A stretch of 64,000 bases of DNA, taken from positions 13,029-77,028 of IMG/VR virus record IMGVR_UViG_2562617158_000001; one strand, written 5' to 3'. Shown here piece after piece: positions 36,901-46,122 of the stretch; position 1 is the first letter of the stretch, and each line of letters begins with the position of its first letter. The stretch is from a virus (taxonomy: Duplodnaviria; Caudoviricetes). Both the position numbers and the translations under genes were made by a program. The notes beneath the pieces were generated by a model. The model worked only from the letters and a program-made list of their open reading frames with translations, was not told where the DNA came from and searched no databases.

Positions 36901-38824
36901 TGCAAACGAGAAAGCATACTATGAAGCCTTAGAGAAGAACCGCAAGGGCTGGGCTGATAAATACGATGAACTCACAGATGCTATCTCTCAGAATCTTAAT
37001 GAACACGTAGAAATCAAGCAGAAGCTCGACGGCAAGAATATCTTTGATATGCCACAGGATGAGCTGAATAAGCTCTTAGACCTGTCCAAAGGCGATGACC
37101 CAGAGCTTAAGCAACTCGTTGACAATCTGTTCAAGGTACGTGAACGACTCAGTAATACCGATAGTAAACTCGTTGAAGCCCGTACTGCTGAGAAGATTCG
37201 CAACGGTTATATGAACCCTGAACAAGATGAGGATTATAGGCTCAAACGTCTGGACAAATGGTATAACCGTACAACGGCCAATAAGACAGATGGAGAGAAG
37301 TATACGGATACTCATGAGTATTACCAAGCACAGCTTGAAATTTATGAGGAACGCCGTGCACGCCAAACGAAAAAGCTCATGGACATTCGTAGACGTGACC
37401 AAGAGCAGCTTGAAGACTACTATAACCAGATTGATGAGCTAGAGCATGGCAAGAGGAATGAAAAGGGCGAAGTCACACAGAAGGGACTTGACCAGTACAA
37501 TGGTGATTCTTCAGATGAAGCCAAGGATAAGATTGCAGAGCTCAAGGCTAAAATCAAGGACCTCAAGGAGAACACCGACCAACTTGCAAAGCATGGCAGT
37601 GAGAATTTCCAGAAAGTACAGAAGGAAGTCGAAGATACCGAAGCGAAAATCCGTGAGATCGCTGAGAAAGACAATGAAGTCACGAAGAATCTCTGGGATA
37701 CCATTGAGAATGATATTGATGATATGTTCTTCGATATTATCAAGCAGGGTGGTTCGTTCAAAGAGTCTTGGAAAAAGCTCTGGGATGACGTTGCCAAGAT
37801 TGCATTGCAACAAATCATGCGCATGACGGTCAACAAATGGCTGTTCAAGATGCGCACGACGATTGACGATGCGATTGACAATAGGAATGCAGGGAAAAAC
37901 GCTGCTATCAATGCAGGCGTCGGGCTTGCATCGAGGTTCACAACATCGCCAAAGAGATGGAATCAGGTTGCTACTGGTAATCGTTATCTTGATATGGCGA
38001 ATGGCGTAACGAATGGCAACTTCTTCCCCATGAAATCCAGTGGTGCTTCTGATAAACTTGCGACGAATATCAATAAGTCCGTGCAGGCCACCAGTAAGCT
38101 CAGTAACGTCACACAAAAAGCAACTGCGCTTACCAACGTGTCGAATACATTGACGCAGACAGCAACTGCAAAGGGTGCATTGAATACTTCGGCTACCACA
38201 GCGCAGACTATGGCAACTCAGGCTAATACTTTGGCAATGCAGGCTAATACCGAGGCAAGGATAATGGCAGGAACCCCAATTACTCAGTTTGCCAATGGTG
38301 GCTCTATTTCCTCTCGTCTGCTTACCGCAGCATATGCTAATGGCGGCTCTATTCCAGGCTATGCAAGCGCAGGGCTTATCCGTGGAGCAGGCACAGGGAA
38401 ATCCGATAGTATTCTTGCGTATCTTGCCAATAAGGATAAGTTTGTATACCTCTCTAATGGCGAATACGTCATGACGGAAGAAGCAACGAATCGCATCGGA
38501 AAAGACAATTTAGATGCCATGAATTACGGTAAATTTGCCGATGGCGGTGCGTTGAATCCAACTCCTTATGTCCCACAAATTTCCCCTAGAATTGCAAGGA
38601 GAATTGAGAATATCACACCGAATAATCCTAATGCACGCATGGAAAAACTCATGCAGGAGCAGACGGATACCATTCGGAATATGGGTAATTCCGATGGTTC
38701 TGGCAATGTGATTGTGTTGAATACACACGCATCTAGTGATGATGTTTTAAATGCAATCCAGAAGAATCCAAGGGCATTCCAGGCTATCACACAAAGACAG
38801 AAACGTCACGGTTTCCGTAGTTAA
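33917..38824 (+). CDS. tape measure protein, exon 2, with peptidoglycan hydrolase domains
   Basis: long helical region; glucosaminidase/lysozyme-like MMHESG..NHNFAGL; CHAP-like TCAAFVS..WMHIGI. Confidence 0.85.
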   Translation, partial: KFQWAKAAAMFSNYQEIIKNWGLAVNSMGFTDNQVKNQMDSLSRRINKLKADLTGLVAQGGNSGLTQWLKECVTELDNLAKFLSTVSTSTYHFIGSFTKLLMIMYLVNKATRLLRTSLNMITTSGATATITSMSTAFASATTTAEGLRAAIIALRHSINLLKAAATVGVSIAIDLGLEALTDYIDNTTNAVEKQTEAVSNDMAVKRQQIEMYNQQEDFLDALFVAHQKLTAEIESSTVSDEKKKKLLEDRIETENQMANVVGGSAVQQMQADNWTDASTKKVRDNYVNATEAKKKSLAQFLSAKQQEAVKNYRIATENMQNWKEETDQFCRATGDKINALHAYVSAQELVATVEEKVHQLQKSSAEQGLENFKQKQYELSQLQNDPNHEWTSSDQEALDNANRMVSRLNGDVDRLNKEIYNDRHTIQWEQTGAELAKEEEAARKAFMDIGGANLVNPGGVMSPDDFLQKWGSGEGAGGDEYNHTPTSKQHHERKKKDPNYVKEDWQYGDTTSQMFAELSKKFESKFDTKNGLDMATLSAIVTKLTGINTLDFDGVSDPFGTGGRNTWESGRLFYQKMAPYLAQGLSVPQALGHLTPGITDEEWKTWLDDKALYLRNKYNYTKNDQRFSDPNEQSGGLYDLGGAPTSGGGDEDYVGNDVDEGHLWELAVIAANQAKVVKDPLYYWLIMMHESGRGKDGTSVANHNFAGLGGGSGVDMQTDANFASTFARTLDGMFTSAPNNIGELVYGMYTHGYFTGDAEAYQSDLEGIKNEGLVSGGNNQGTGVSSAPIGDAVYDEALKESAERKGQALGANTCAAFVSYVTRGIGANTGIDDPLVKNWVDKAQANGAWVDSSSGQTAPKGSLVVWSREGEQDGNPWMHIGISDGQGGWISSDTHGLKHHTGLDSYYSGNGYNYAGYIDMAKLTGGQTVSGYATPRKPSFWNGHKSSLADFTRDQIAETIYDQDRQQKLYEARKKNFEYQMKIHGETYALLRANDANEKAYYEALEKNRKGWADKYDELTDAISQNLNEHVEIKQKLDGKNIFDMPQDELNKLLDLSKGDDPELKQLVDNLFKVRERLSNTDSKLVEARTAEKIRNGYMNPEQDEDYRLKRLDKWYNRTTANKTDGEKYTDTHEYYQAQLEIYEERRARQTKKLMDIRRRDQEQLEDYYNQIDELEHGKRNEKGEVTQKGLDQYNGDSSDEAKDKIAELKAKIKDLKENTDQLAKHGSENFQKVQKEVEDTEAKIREIAEKDNEVTKNLWDTIENDIDDMFFDIIKQGGSFKESWKKLWDDVAKIALQQIMRMTVNKWLFKMRTTIDDAIDNRNAGKNAAINAGVGLASRFTTSPKRWNQVATGNRYLDMANGVTNGNFFPMKSSGASDKLATNINKSVQATSKLSNVTQKATALTNVSNTLTQTATAKGALNTSATTAQTMATQANTLAMQANTEARIMAGTPITQFANGGSISSRLLTAAYANGGSIPGYASAGLIRGAGTGKSDSILAYLANKDKFVYLSNGEYVMTEEATNRIGKDNLDAMNYGKFADGGALNPTPYVPQISPRIARRIENITPNNPNARMEKLMQEQTDTIRNMGNSDGSGNVIVLNTHASSDDVLNAIQKNPRAFQAITQRQKRHGFRS

Positions 38825-39014
38825 GATACTATAGCATGTATGCATAGGAGCTATATGTTTCTATGCATATTTCTATGGTATCTTGAAATAAATGTCCATC
38901 GGTAGTGTACAAAATATGCTGAGAAAACACATAGAAAAGGCATATGGGCGCATTAAATATGGCAAAAATAGAACATGCTTTAGAACGATAAGTAAAACTT
39001 TGATTAAACTTTCA

Positions 39015-39061
39015 AGATTTACCGAACAATATGCCCGAAAAAAGACATTATATATAGAGGG
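39015..39061 (+). promoter_or_regulatory. conserved phage promoter-like motif, copy 3 of 3
   Basis: agatttaccgaacaatatgcccgaaaaaagacattatatatagaggg. Confidence 0.6.
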
Positions 39062-39575
39062 ACAAATAAAGAGGGTATCATTGGATATACATTGAAACTC
39101 CATACAGACTTCGTGAACAACAATGGATGAAGCCTTAGAGATTTGACTTTGGTCCTTCCATTGAGATTCACGATAAGCTATGAGAGTAATGAATGGATAC
39201 TGAATGGTTTTGACATTCTCCTGTTTATAAAATCATTTGCGATAGCAAATATTTACGAAGTAAATCCTTCAAGGAGATAACATTGAAAGCATTGTCCTTA
39301 AAGAAGCTATTGAGTAGTAGTTGAAATACTATGAGATATATCTCATAGACAAACAACGAAAATTCAATAGCTTCTTTTTGTACAATGAATCAAATATATC
39401 TCTTTGATTTGATTTGCTTACGCAAATACTTACTTCGTAAGTGATTTGTTTAATCAAGACAAGCATGTCCCTCCCATTCAAATAACATGAATATCATTGA
39501 TGACAATGGATAGAACCTTAGTATTAAACCTTGGTTCCTCCATTGAATACAATGAATACCATGAAATACCAATGA
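39062..39575. repeat. non-coding segment homologous to 15090-15460
   Basis: 19-nt identity tcattggatatacattgaa (15103, 39078); ~46-bp inverted copy 15248-15295 vs 39412-39458; twin mini-hairpins. Confidence 0.75.
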
Positions 39576-39588
39576 AAGGAGGTATGGA

Positions 39589-40281
39589 ATGGCCATTGAT
39601 ACATTCACACTGATTCCTTATGGAAAAGTCAAAATATCATATGCATGGTCATCCGATGAATATGAATCGGAGAATGGTACGAAACTCTATCGTCGCAAAC
39701 GTATCCATGCAAAGAAAACATATAGCTTCACTATACAGGGCATCCGTGAAGACATGGATAAACTCATGGATTTTTACAATGCACATCATGGGCAGCTCGA
39801 TCCATTCTTCTTTGAGTACGACGGAATCAAGGACTTGTGCTATTTCTCTAGTACACTTGCCGTAAAACAGACCGTAGCAATGAAAGAGATTCAGATGTTT
39901 TCCTGTGATGTTGCATTGGAAGTCAAAGCACAGTCCGTGTCTTATCCCGATGCATCAACCGATGATATATTGCCATCGCCATACAAGGACTTCACGCGGA
40001 CGATTGACTGGAACGTCCAAGTGCTTGAAATGGGTGCTACGGATAGACGTGCGAAGTCCGATAGGAAGCACGAAAAGCTCAATGCAACATGGAGCGGACT
40101 GAAACCAGAGAGGGATACGATGATAAATCTATTCAATTCTCATTGTCGTGTTCCGTTAAAGATGGAGTATGACCATAATACAATCTCTGTGATTCTCCCA
40201 GATACAATGGAAATCACGGATTATCGTGAAGGACACAATATCGTTGGCTATGAGTGCCAGATGGAGGTGACAATCGTCTAA
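39589..40281 (+). CDS. distal tail protein (gpM/Dit-like)
   Basis: synteny after TMP; FYNAHHGQLDPFFF. Confidence 0.6.
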   Translation: MAIDTFTLIPYGKVKISYAWSSDEYESENGTKLYRRKRIHAKKTYSFTIQGIREDMDKLMDFYNAHHGQLDPFFFEYDGIKDLCYFSSTLAVKQTVAMKEIQMFSCDVALEVKAQSVSYPDASTDDILPSPYKDFTRTIDWNVQVLEMGATDRRAKSDRKHEKLNATWSGLKPERDTMINLFNSHCRVPLKMEYDHNTISVILPDTMEITDYREGHNIVGYECQMEVTIV

Positions 40282-40697
40282 TGGAAAACGTGAATAAATA
40301 CATCGGGATTCCGCACTACTTCGGTGAGTCCTCATTCAAAAAATGTGACTGCATTGGTTTGTGCCGTTTATTCTATCGCAACCACGGATGGAGCCATCCG
40401 ATTGAAGATGGGAAACCTGTAGACAAAGACCATTTTTCCGAACCATCAGTTTGGCGCAGATTGTATAAATATTGCCTACTCAATATGACTCAGGTGTTTT
40501 ATGATGAACTGTCCTTTGGTGACTTTGTCATCTTCAAGATAGATGGTGATTTGCACACGGGAATCTATCTTGGGTATGGTGATTTGTTATCCATGCAGGT
40601 TCCAACGGTATACGGTGCGTCCACATCGACAATCTATCATCGTGCATGGTGGACACCGTTCTTCAAGTATGCATTTCGCAAGGAGGGATTATTTTGA
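40281..40697 (+). CDS. NlpC/P60 tail tip protein (gpK-like)
   Basis: YIGIPH..DCIGL..GDFVIF..HTGIYLG. Confidence 0.85.
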   Translation: MENVNKYIGIPHYFGESSFKKCDCIGLCRLFYRNHGWSHPIEDGKPVDKDHFSEPSVWRRLYKYCLLNMTQVFYDELSFGDFVIFKIDGDLHTGIYLGYGDLLSMQVPTVYGASTSTIYHRAWWTPFFKYAFRKEGLF

Positions 40698-41485
40698 TAA
40701 CGTTACCAGTCTCTATGGCAAAGGCAAAGGAATCTGGTAATCCATTTTTCATTGAATTATATATCTTGCAGCTCCGCGATGGCGTCATGCGTATTGCTGC
40801 GACAGACGAGAATGTTCTGTTCAACAACGAGGAGTACACAGCAGTCCCATTTCAGCGTGGAGAAATCACGACAAGCATGGATAATCTCACGGACTCCTGT
40901 GAGGTATCTCTTGGTGACTGTACCTATGAGGCTCTGCGGTATGTCATGGAGGGCTTCGACTTCCGTGGCTGTAATGCTATCATCTTCCGCATCCAGTATC
41001 CAGACTCATTGAAGGACCCGACGATCTTCCAACCAGTCTTTGCAGGATACATTGATGAACCATCGTACACCAATGGTGAGTTCACATGCAAGGTCAAGAG
41101 CAGGCTCCCTGAGATTGAATGTCCGAACCGTGACTTCCGCCTTGCTTGTAACAGTGAGTTTGGCGATGAAGAGTGTGGCATGAGTCTTGCAGAAGAAACC
41201 ATGACTGTCCAGAGCGTATCTTCGAATAACGTGACACTCGACAAGAGTCACGCAGACAACTATTGGAAAGACGGTGTGATTACCGTTGGGGGCGAGTCGA
41301 GAATCGTTGTACAGTCCTCTGGCAATACCGTGACACTCAATGTCAATTTCGTGCAGGATATCACAGGACATTCCGCAACGTTACGCAGAGGTTGCAATAA
41401 GACCGTCGATATGTGTCGCGCGTATAACAACATGAAACACTTCAGTGGATTCCCTGCAATTCCATTTGAAAATAGTTACCATTAA
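40694..41485 (+). CDS. tail tip/hub protein (gpL-like, Fe-S Cys pattern)
   Basis: CNSEFGDEECG and GCNKTVDMCRAYNNMKHFSGFP. Confidence 0.8.
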   Translation: MITLPVSMAKAKESGNPFFIELYILQLRDGVMRIAATDENVLFNNEEYTAVPFQRGEITTSMDNLTDSCEVSLGDCTYEALRYVMEGFDFRGCNAIIFRIQYPDSLKDPTIFQPVFAGYIDEPSYTNGEFTCKVKSRLPEIECPNRDFRLACNSEFGDEECGMSLAEETMTVQSVSSNNVTLDKSHADNYWKDGVITVGGESRIVVQSSGNTVTLNVNFVQDITGHSATLRRGCNKTVDMCRAYNNMKHFSGFPAIPFENSYH

Positions 41486-41497
41486 GGAGGTGAGCAA

Positions 41498-44400
41498 TTG
41501 GATAAATTTGATTTAGAGTTCCTTATGGATAAGAAAACGAACCTTCAGAACGCTCGCAATACTATGTCTGACGGCCACTTACGGTATCTCTATGAACATG
41601 CTATGGGTCATACCGCAGCGTTTGACCTACAGCGTTTCGGACACCATCATGGTAAGTCTGGCGGTAAGATTTTTGCGAGTATTGCAGGATTCATTGTTGG
41701 CTTTACAACTCCATGGCTGTTTGGCGCAAAAGCGTTCGCAGCTGGTGTCATGGGTGCGTCTCTCTTTGGTTCTGTATGGAGCGCAACGCATCAGCAGAAT
41801 GTAGACTCTAATGGCTCTGCCGATGTATCTCGATTTGACCGTGCGCAGGAGACCATGAGCTCTGATGCTCAGATTCCTATTGTCTATGGCACGCGACAAA
41901 TCAGTGGCAATCAGACCTTCCACCAGACGAATGCCGATGCAAACACGCTGCATAAGCACGTTGTCCTCTGTGAGGGTGGCATCGAAGGTGTTGTGTCTGT
42001 CATGGCAAGTGACATGATTATCCCTACAGGCTCCCAGACGGGCAATACGGTGTTCACGATTATGAACAACAAGTATTCCGATGCTCGTGTGCGGAAACAT
42101 GGTCAGGACTTTGACTTGTGGGCAGGAGACAATCATCATCACATCCATCTGTGTACCAAGAAGGAAGTAGAGAATAGTCACGATACGTACTGGGAATACC
42201 AGGTATCTGTATCGTCTCTTATCTCGTATATCAATCAGTTATATGCCGAGGGATGGCAGGCATTCCCCGTTGCATCTACCAACAATTACCCTGGTGATTT
42301 ATGGGACGCCGAGGGCAATGTCTATGTAGAGACGCCTTGGAGTAAGCTGTTCGAGAATCAGGATAAGTACAACGAGCAGAACTATGTGACCATTGACGCG
42401 AAGAATAGTTTCATCAACTTCTGCGCTGACACAATCAGGGGCGGCACGAACTACACTTTCCATGACTGTGAATCCCCATCGAATTACAATGAAGTCGGTG
42501 GCTACCCTGCAATGGCATGGCTCGACATGAATTTCATTGTGTCCAATGAACTCAACGGCAATCCTAGTGTTACTGCTGTTGTCATGGGCAAGAAAGTCTA
42601 TGATACTCGTACCAAGACTACGGCTTATTCAACGAATCCTGCCATGTGTCTTCGTGACTTCATGTTATCGAAACGATATGGATTAGGCCGTTGGATTACA
42701 GCAGACGATCTTGACGAGGACTCATGGAATCGTGTTGCTGATTACTGTGATGAAGAAATCAGTTTCCTTGACGCATCCGGCGCAATCATCAGGGCAAAAC
42801 GCTTTGAGCTGAACATGGTCATTGACCAGAAGAACAGTGCATTGGACTGGGTACAGGAAATCCTTGCTAACTTCCAAGGCTATCTTACACTCACTAATGG
42901 CAAGTTCAAGCTGCACATTGAACAGCAGACGGATGTCTCGTACAAATTCAATGACGACAACTGCTCTGACCTGAGTGTCACTCCGTTGAGTCTCAACGAT
43001 ACGCCAAATAAGTACACGGTGAAAATCATTGACCCGAGAAACAACTGGAGTTCCGTTGCATGTAACGTAGAGGACTATGCAGACCAGAAGGAACGCCAGA
43101 AGATTATCACCAAAGAGGTTAATCTGAACGGCACTACATCTCAGTATCAGGCATTGAGGTTGGCGCGCTTCTACCGTGACCAGAACTTAGCATGTCCGTT
43201 GACTTTATCGTGGAAAACAGGAATCAATGGTATGCACCTTGAACCAGGCGATGTTGTTACCATCAGCTATCACAAGGTATTTACCGATCTCCCTGTACGT
43301 ATCACGGAAATCAAACAGGATGACGATGGAAAATTTGAACTGACAGGCCGTCAGTACAATGATACCATCTATGGCGATGCGCTTGGCGGTGGTGTTCACT
43401 GGTATAACTACACGGATACTACGCAGACAGTCGAGAAGCGCACTCCGTCAAATCCTGCAAACCTAAAAGCATATACACAGTATAGACGCTATGAAGATGG
43501 CACAACGGGATACGACGTAATCTGCTCATATGAGTTACCACAACGCTACGATGTAGAGACAGGGCTAGTCTACTATAAGACCAATCATATGACAGCGGCT
43601 CAAATCGGGACGTTTAAAGAGGGCGAAATAGTTGATTCCGTTGGCTTATCGAGGGAATGGATATATGCAGGGGATTCTCCTACGAAAATCGTTATATCCA
43701 ACGCAAAAGTCGGCGATATCTATGAGTTCCGTGTGCAGAGCCGTACAACCGATGGATTAATCTCTAGTGAAGCTAATGCACCTACTGTGACTATTAAGGT
43801 AACGGCCAAAGAGACAGTACCGTCACAACCGTATAACCTGACCTATGATTTTACTAAGGCGTTCACTTTTAAATGGTCTGACGTCCCTGATTCTGATGTG
43901 GTGTACTATGAAGTCCGAACGGATACGAACGTAGGAAGTATTAATGGGTTGCTCGGTAAGACACAATCTACTTCTCTCGATGTGAATATCATGGAGCGCA
44001 ATGGTACAGTCTATGTCTACAGTGTAAATACGCTAAAGAAATACAGCTATCCTGCAAAAGTAACATATAATTATCCAAAGCCAGATGCACCGAGTTACAT
44101 TCACTTCACTGAGGCTCTACGCGGTGTCAATGTACTAGTGGCTCCATTTCCCGCTCATGTGAAGTCCATGCGGCTCTACGTGGAAGGACACAATATCTCC
44201 AAGGTATTTGACTTAGACAATGCATCGTATACATTCTATGGTGAGCCTGACATTTATAATTTCTGGGCGTCTTACGTTGACCTTATGGGTGAAGGTTACA
44301 CATCTGTAAAATATGCTTACACGATTAAGCCTGAGTTGAATCCAGAATGGCTCAAGGACGAAGCTATCTCACTCAAGAAGGTAGACAAAACCATCCAGAG

Positions 44401-46105
44401 TGCGGTTGCTGATGCGCAAGAAGCTATCCCTCGATTAGATAGTGTAGATGGGAACATCGAGACTATTAACACGAATATCTCTGAGTTGCGTCATACAGAC
44501 ACAGAGCTGACGTCAACCATTGTACAGAACAAGAAGGACGCCGAGAACTCTGACGCCGCACTTGCTAGTCAAATCGAGCAGACAGCCGATGAAATCAGGA
44601 CTACAGTCCAAGAGAACAAAGACACAACCGACAGTGCTATCTCTCAAGTATCACAAAAAGCGGACAACGTAAAAGTTACAATCGAGAATAACCTCAATAA
44701 CACCGACCCGTCGAAAAGCGTATATAAATCTATATCGCAGCTTAAGGTTGATATTAATGGATTGACCACAACTGTACAGAATAATAAGTCTGCAACAGAC
44801 ACTCAGATTTCTCAAATCAAACAGAATGCAAATTCATTAAGCTCTACTGTGCAAAACTATCATACAGATGCTAACAATCAGATTTCTGGACTGTCATCGC
44901 AAATCGAGCAGAACGCAAATAGTATCACGTCGGTTGTCACAAATCTCTCCGATTCGACCAAAGCAAAGGCAAATTACTCTGCTATTGCTCAGTTAGATAA
45001 CGATATTGCACTTAGGGTATCTAAAAACGATGTTATCAATCAAATCAATATTAGCAAAGAATCTATTCTCATCGACGGCAAAAAGATACATATCACTGGC
45101 GATACTCATTTTGACAATAATGTCGTTGTGCGTGGCATGATAGCCGCAGGAGCCATTACTGCTGATAAACTGAGTGCTAGCACATTAGCATTGAGCAACA
45201 ATCAGGGTATCAAGGGAGGTAACGTAATACTTGATTCCAATGGTATGGCATGTACAGATTCTAGCGGTACAACCATACAGTTTGGACAGGACGGCATGAC
45301 CTCAAAAGACAAAAACGGGAACAGCTTTGCAATACTTTCTCAGTGCATGATGGGCGTAGCTAAAAATGGTCAGTATGTGAAATTCTCGAATCCGTGGACG
45401 GAAGTCCCTGTTATCATTGTTACGCCACAGAACATCCAGACAAACAACCCTGCGTACAGCACATCAACGGTAAGATTGCATTGTTATGCCGATGAGGTAT
45501 CCGTGAATGGATTCAGGATGCGCGCTTATAGTGGCATTGCGGATGGTGCTGGTTCAATTGCAAAAAATCAAAGTTGTGGGACAATGACATGGACAATTGG
45601 ACGTTCGTATGATGCTTGGAATGATTTGAATCCAATCTTTGGTAGTAAGAGTATAAACTTCAACGTGTCAATGCCGAGCAATGCAAGTTCGGTTGTATTC
45701 CACGGAAGACTACGGACAAATGCTCACTTTAGAGAACCACAGATGAAGATACCAAGTTCGACAAGATACCAAAGGCTGGAAGTAAAATGTAATGGCACAA
45801 CTACGTACTCTGACGTTCTGTGGAATAGTGGAGACGGAGAGGTCGGAATACAAAAGAATACAGATATATACACGTCTATTACAACCAGTAGTATCTCAGT
45901 TACAAAGGGAGCTGCACTAAACTGTACGCTGACAATCGACCCGTGCGTTTTACATCCAGGCGACGGTAACGACTCATTGGATATTGAATTTATACTTGAT
46001 TCAATTGACTGTAGGATTGATGGTGAACAGGTACTTGATAACGATGGAACAGGAGCGTTCTTTATTGTGAACAAGAGTAACGGATTGTATACGGTTACAG
46101 ATTAA
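41498..46105 (+). CDS. central tail fibre / host specificity protein (gpJ-like)
   Basis: IPIVYGTRQISG, VLCEGGIEGV, STNPAMCLRDFM, FN3-like repeats, coiled coil, DGKKIHITG. Confidence 0.9.
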   Translation: MDKFDLEFLMDKKTNLQNARNTMSDGHLRYLYEHAMGHTAAFDLQRFGHHHGKSGGKIFASIAGFIVGFTTPWLFGAKAFAAGVMGASLFGSVWSATHQQNVDSNGSADVSRFDRAQETMSSDAQIPIVYGTRQISGNQTFHQTNADANTLHKHVVLCEGGIEGVVSVMASDMIIPTGSQTGNTVFTIMNNKYSDARVRKHGQDFDLWAGDNHHHIHLCTKKEVENSHDTYWEYQVSVSSLISYINQLYAEGWQAFPVASTNNYPGDLWDAEGNVYVETPWSKLFENQDKYNEQNYVTIDAKNSFINFCADTIRGGTNYTFHDCESPSNYNEVGGYPAMAWLDMNFIVSNELNGNPSVTAVVMGKKVYDTRTKTTAYSTNPAMCLRDFMLSKRYGLGRWITADDLDEDSWNRVADYCDEEISFLDASGAIIRAKRFELNMVIDQKNSALDWVQEILANFQGYLTLTNGKFKLHIEQQTDVSYKFNDDNCSDLSVTPLSLNDTPNKYTVKIIDPRNNWSSVACNVEDYADQKERQKIITKEVNLNGTTSQYQALRLARFYRDQNLACPLTLSWKTGINGMHLEPGDVVTISYHKVFTDLPVRITEIKQDDDGKFELTGRQYNDTIYGDALGGGVHWYNYTDTTQTVEKRTPSNPANLKAYTQYRRYEDGTTGYDVICSYELPQRYDVETGLVYYKTNHMTAAQIGTFKEGEIVDSVGLSREWIYAGDSPTKIVISNAKVGDIYEFRVQSRTTDGLISSEANAPTVTIKVTAKETVPSQPYNLTYDFTKAFTFKWSDVPDSDVVYYEVRTDTNVGSINGLLGKTQSTSLDVNIMERNGTVYVYSVNTLKKYSYPAKVTYNYPKPDAPSYIHFTEALRGVNVLVAPFPAHVKSMRLYVEGHNISKVFDLDNASYTFYGEPDIYNFWASYVDLMGEGYTSVKYAYTIKPELNPEWLKDEAISLKKVDKTIQSAVADAQEAIPRLDSVDGNIETINTNISELRHTDTELTSTIVQNKKDAENSDAALASQIEQTADEIRTTVQENKDTTDSAISQVSQKADNVKVTIENNLNNTDPSKSVYKSISQLKVDINGLTTTVQNNKSATDTQISQIKQNANSLSSTVQNYHTDANNQISGLSSQIEQNANSITSVVTNLSDSTKAKANYSAIAQLDNDIALRVSKNDVINQINISKESILIDGKKIHITGDTHFDNNVVVRGMIAAGAITADKLSASTLALSNNQGIKGGNVILDSNGMACTDSSGTTIQFGQDGMTSKDKNGNSFAILSQCMMGVAKNGQYVKFSNPWTEVPVIIVTPQNIQTNNPAYSTSTVRLHCYADEVSVNGFRMRAYSGIADGAGSIAKNQSCGTMTWTIGRSYDAWNDLNPIFGSKSINFNVSMPSNASSVVFHGRLRTNAHFREPQMKIPSSTRYQRLEVKCNGTTTYSDVLWNSGDGEVGIQKNTDIYTSITTSSISVTKGAALNCTLTIDPCVLHPGDGNDSLDIEFILDSIDCRIDGEQVLDNDGTGAFFIVNKSNGLYTVTD

Positions 46106-46122
46106 AGGGAGTGTGATACAAT

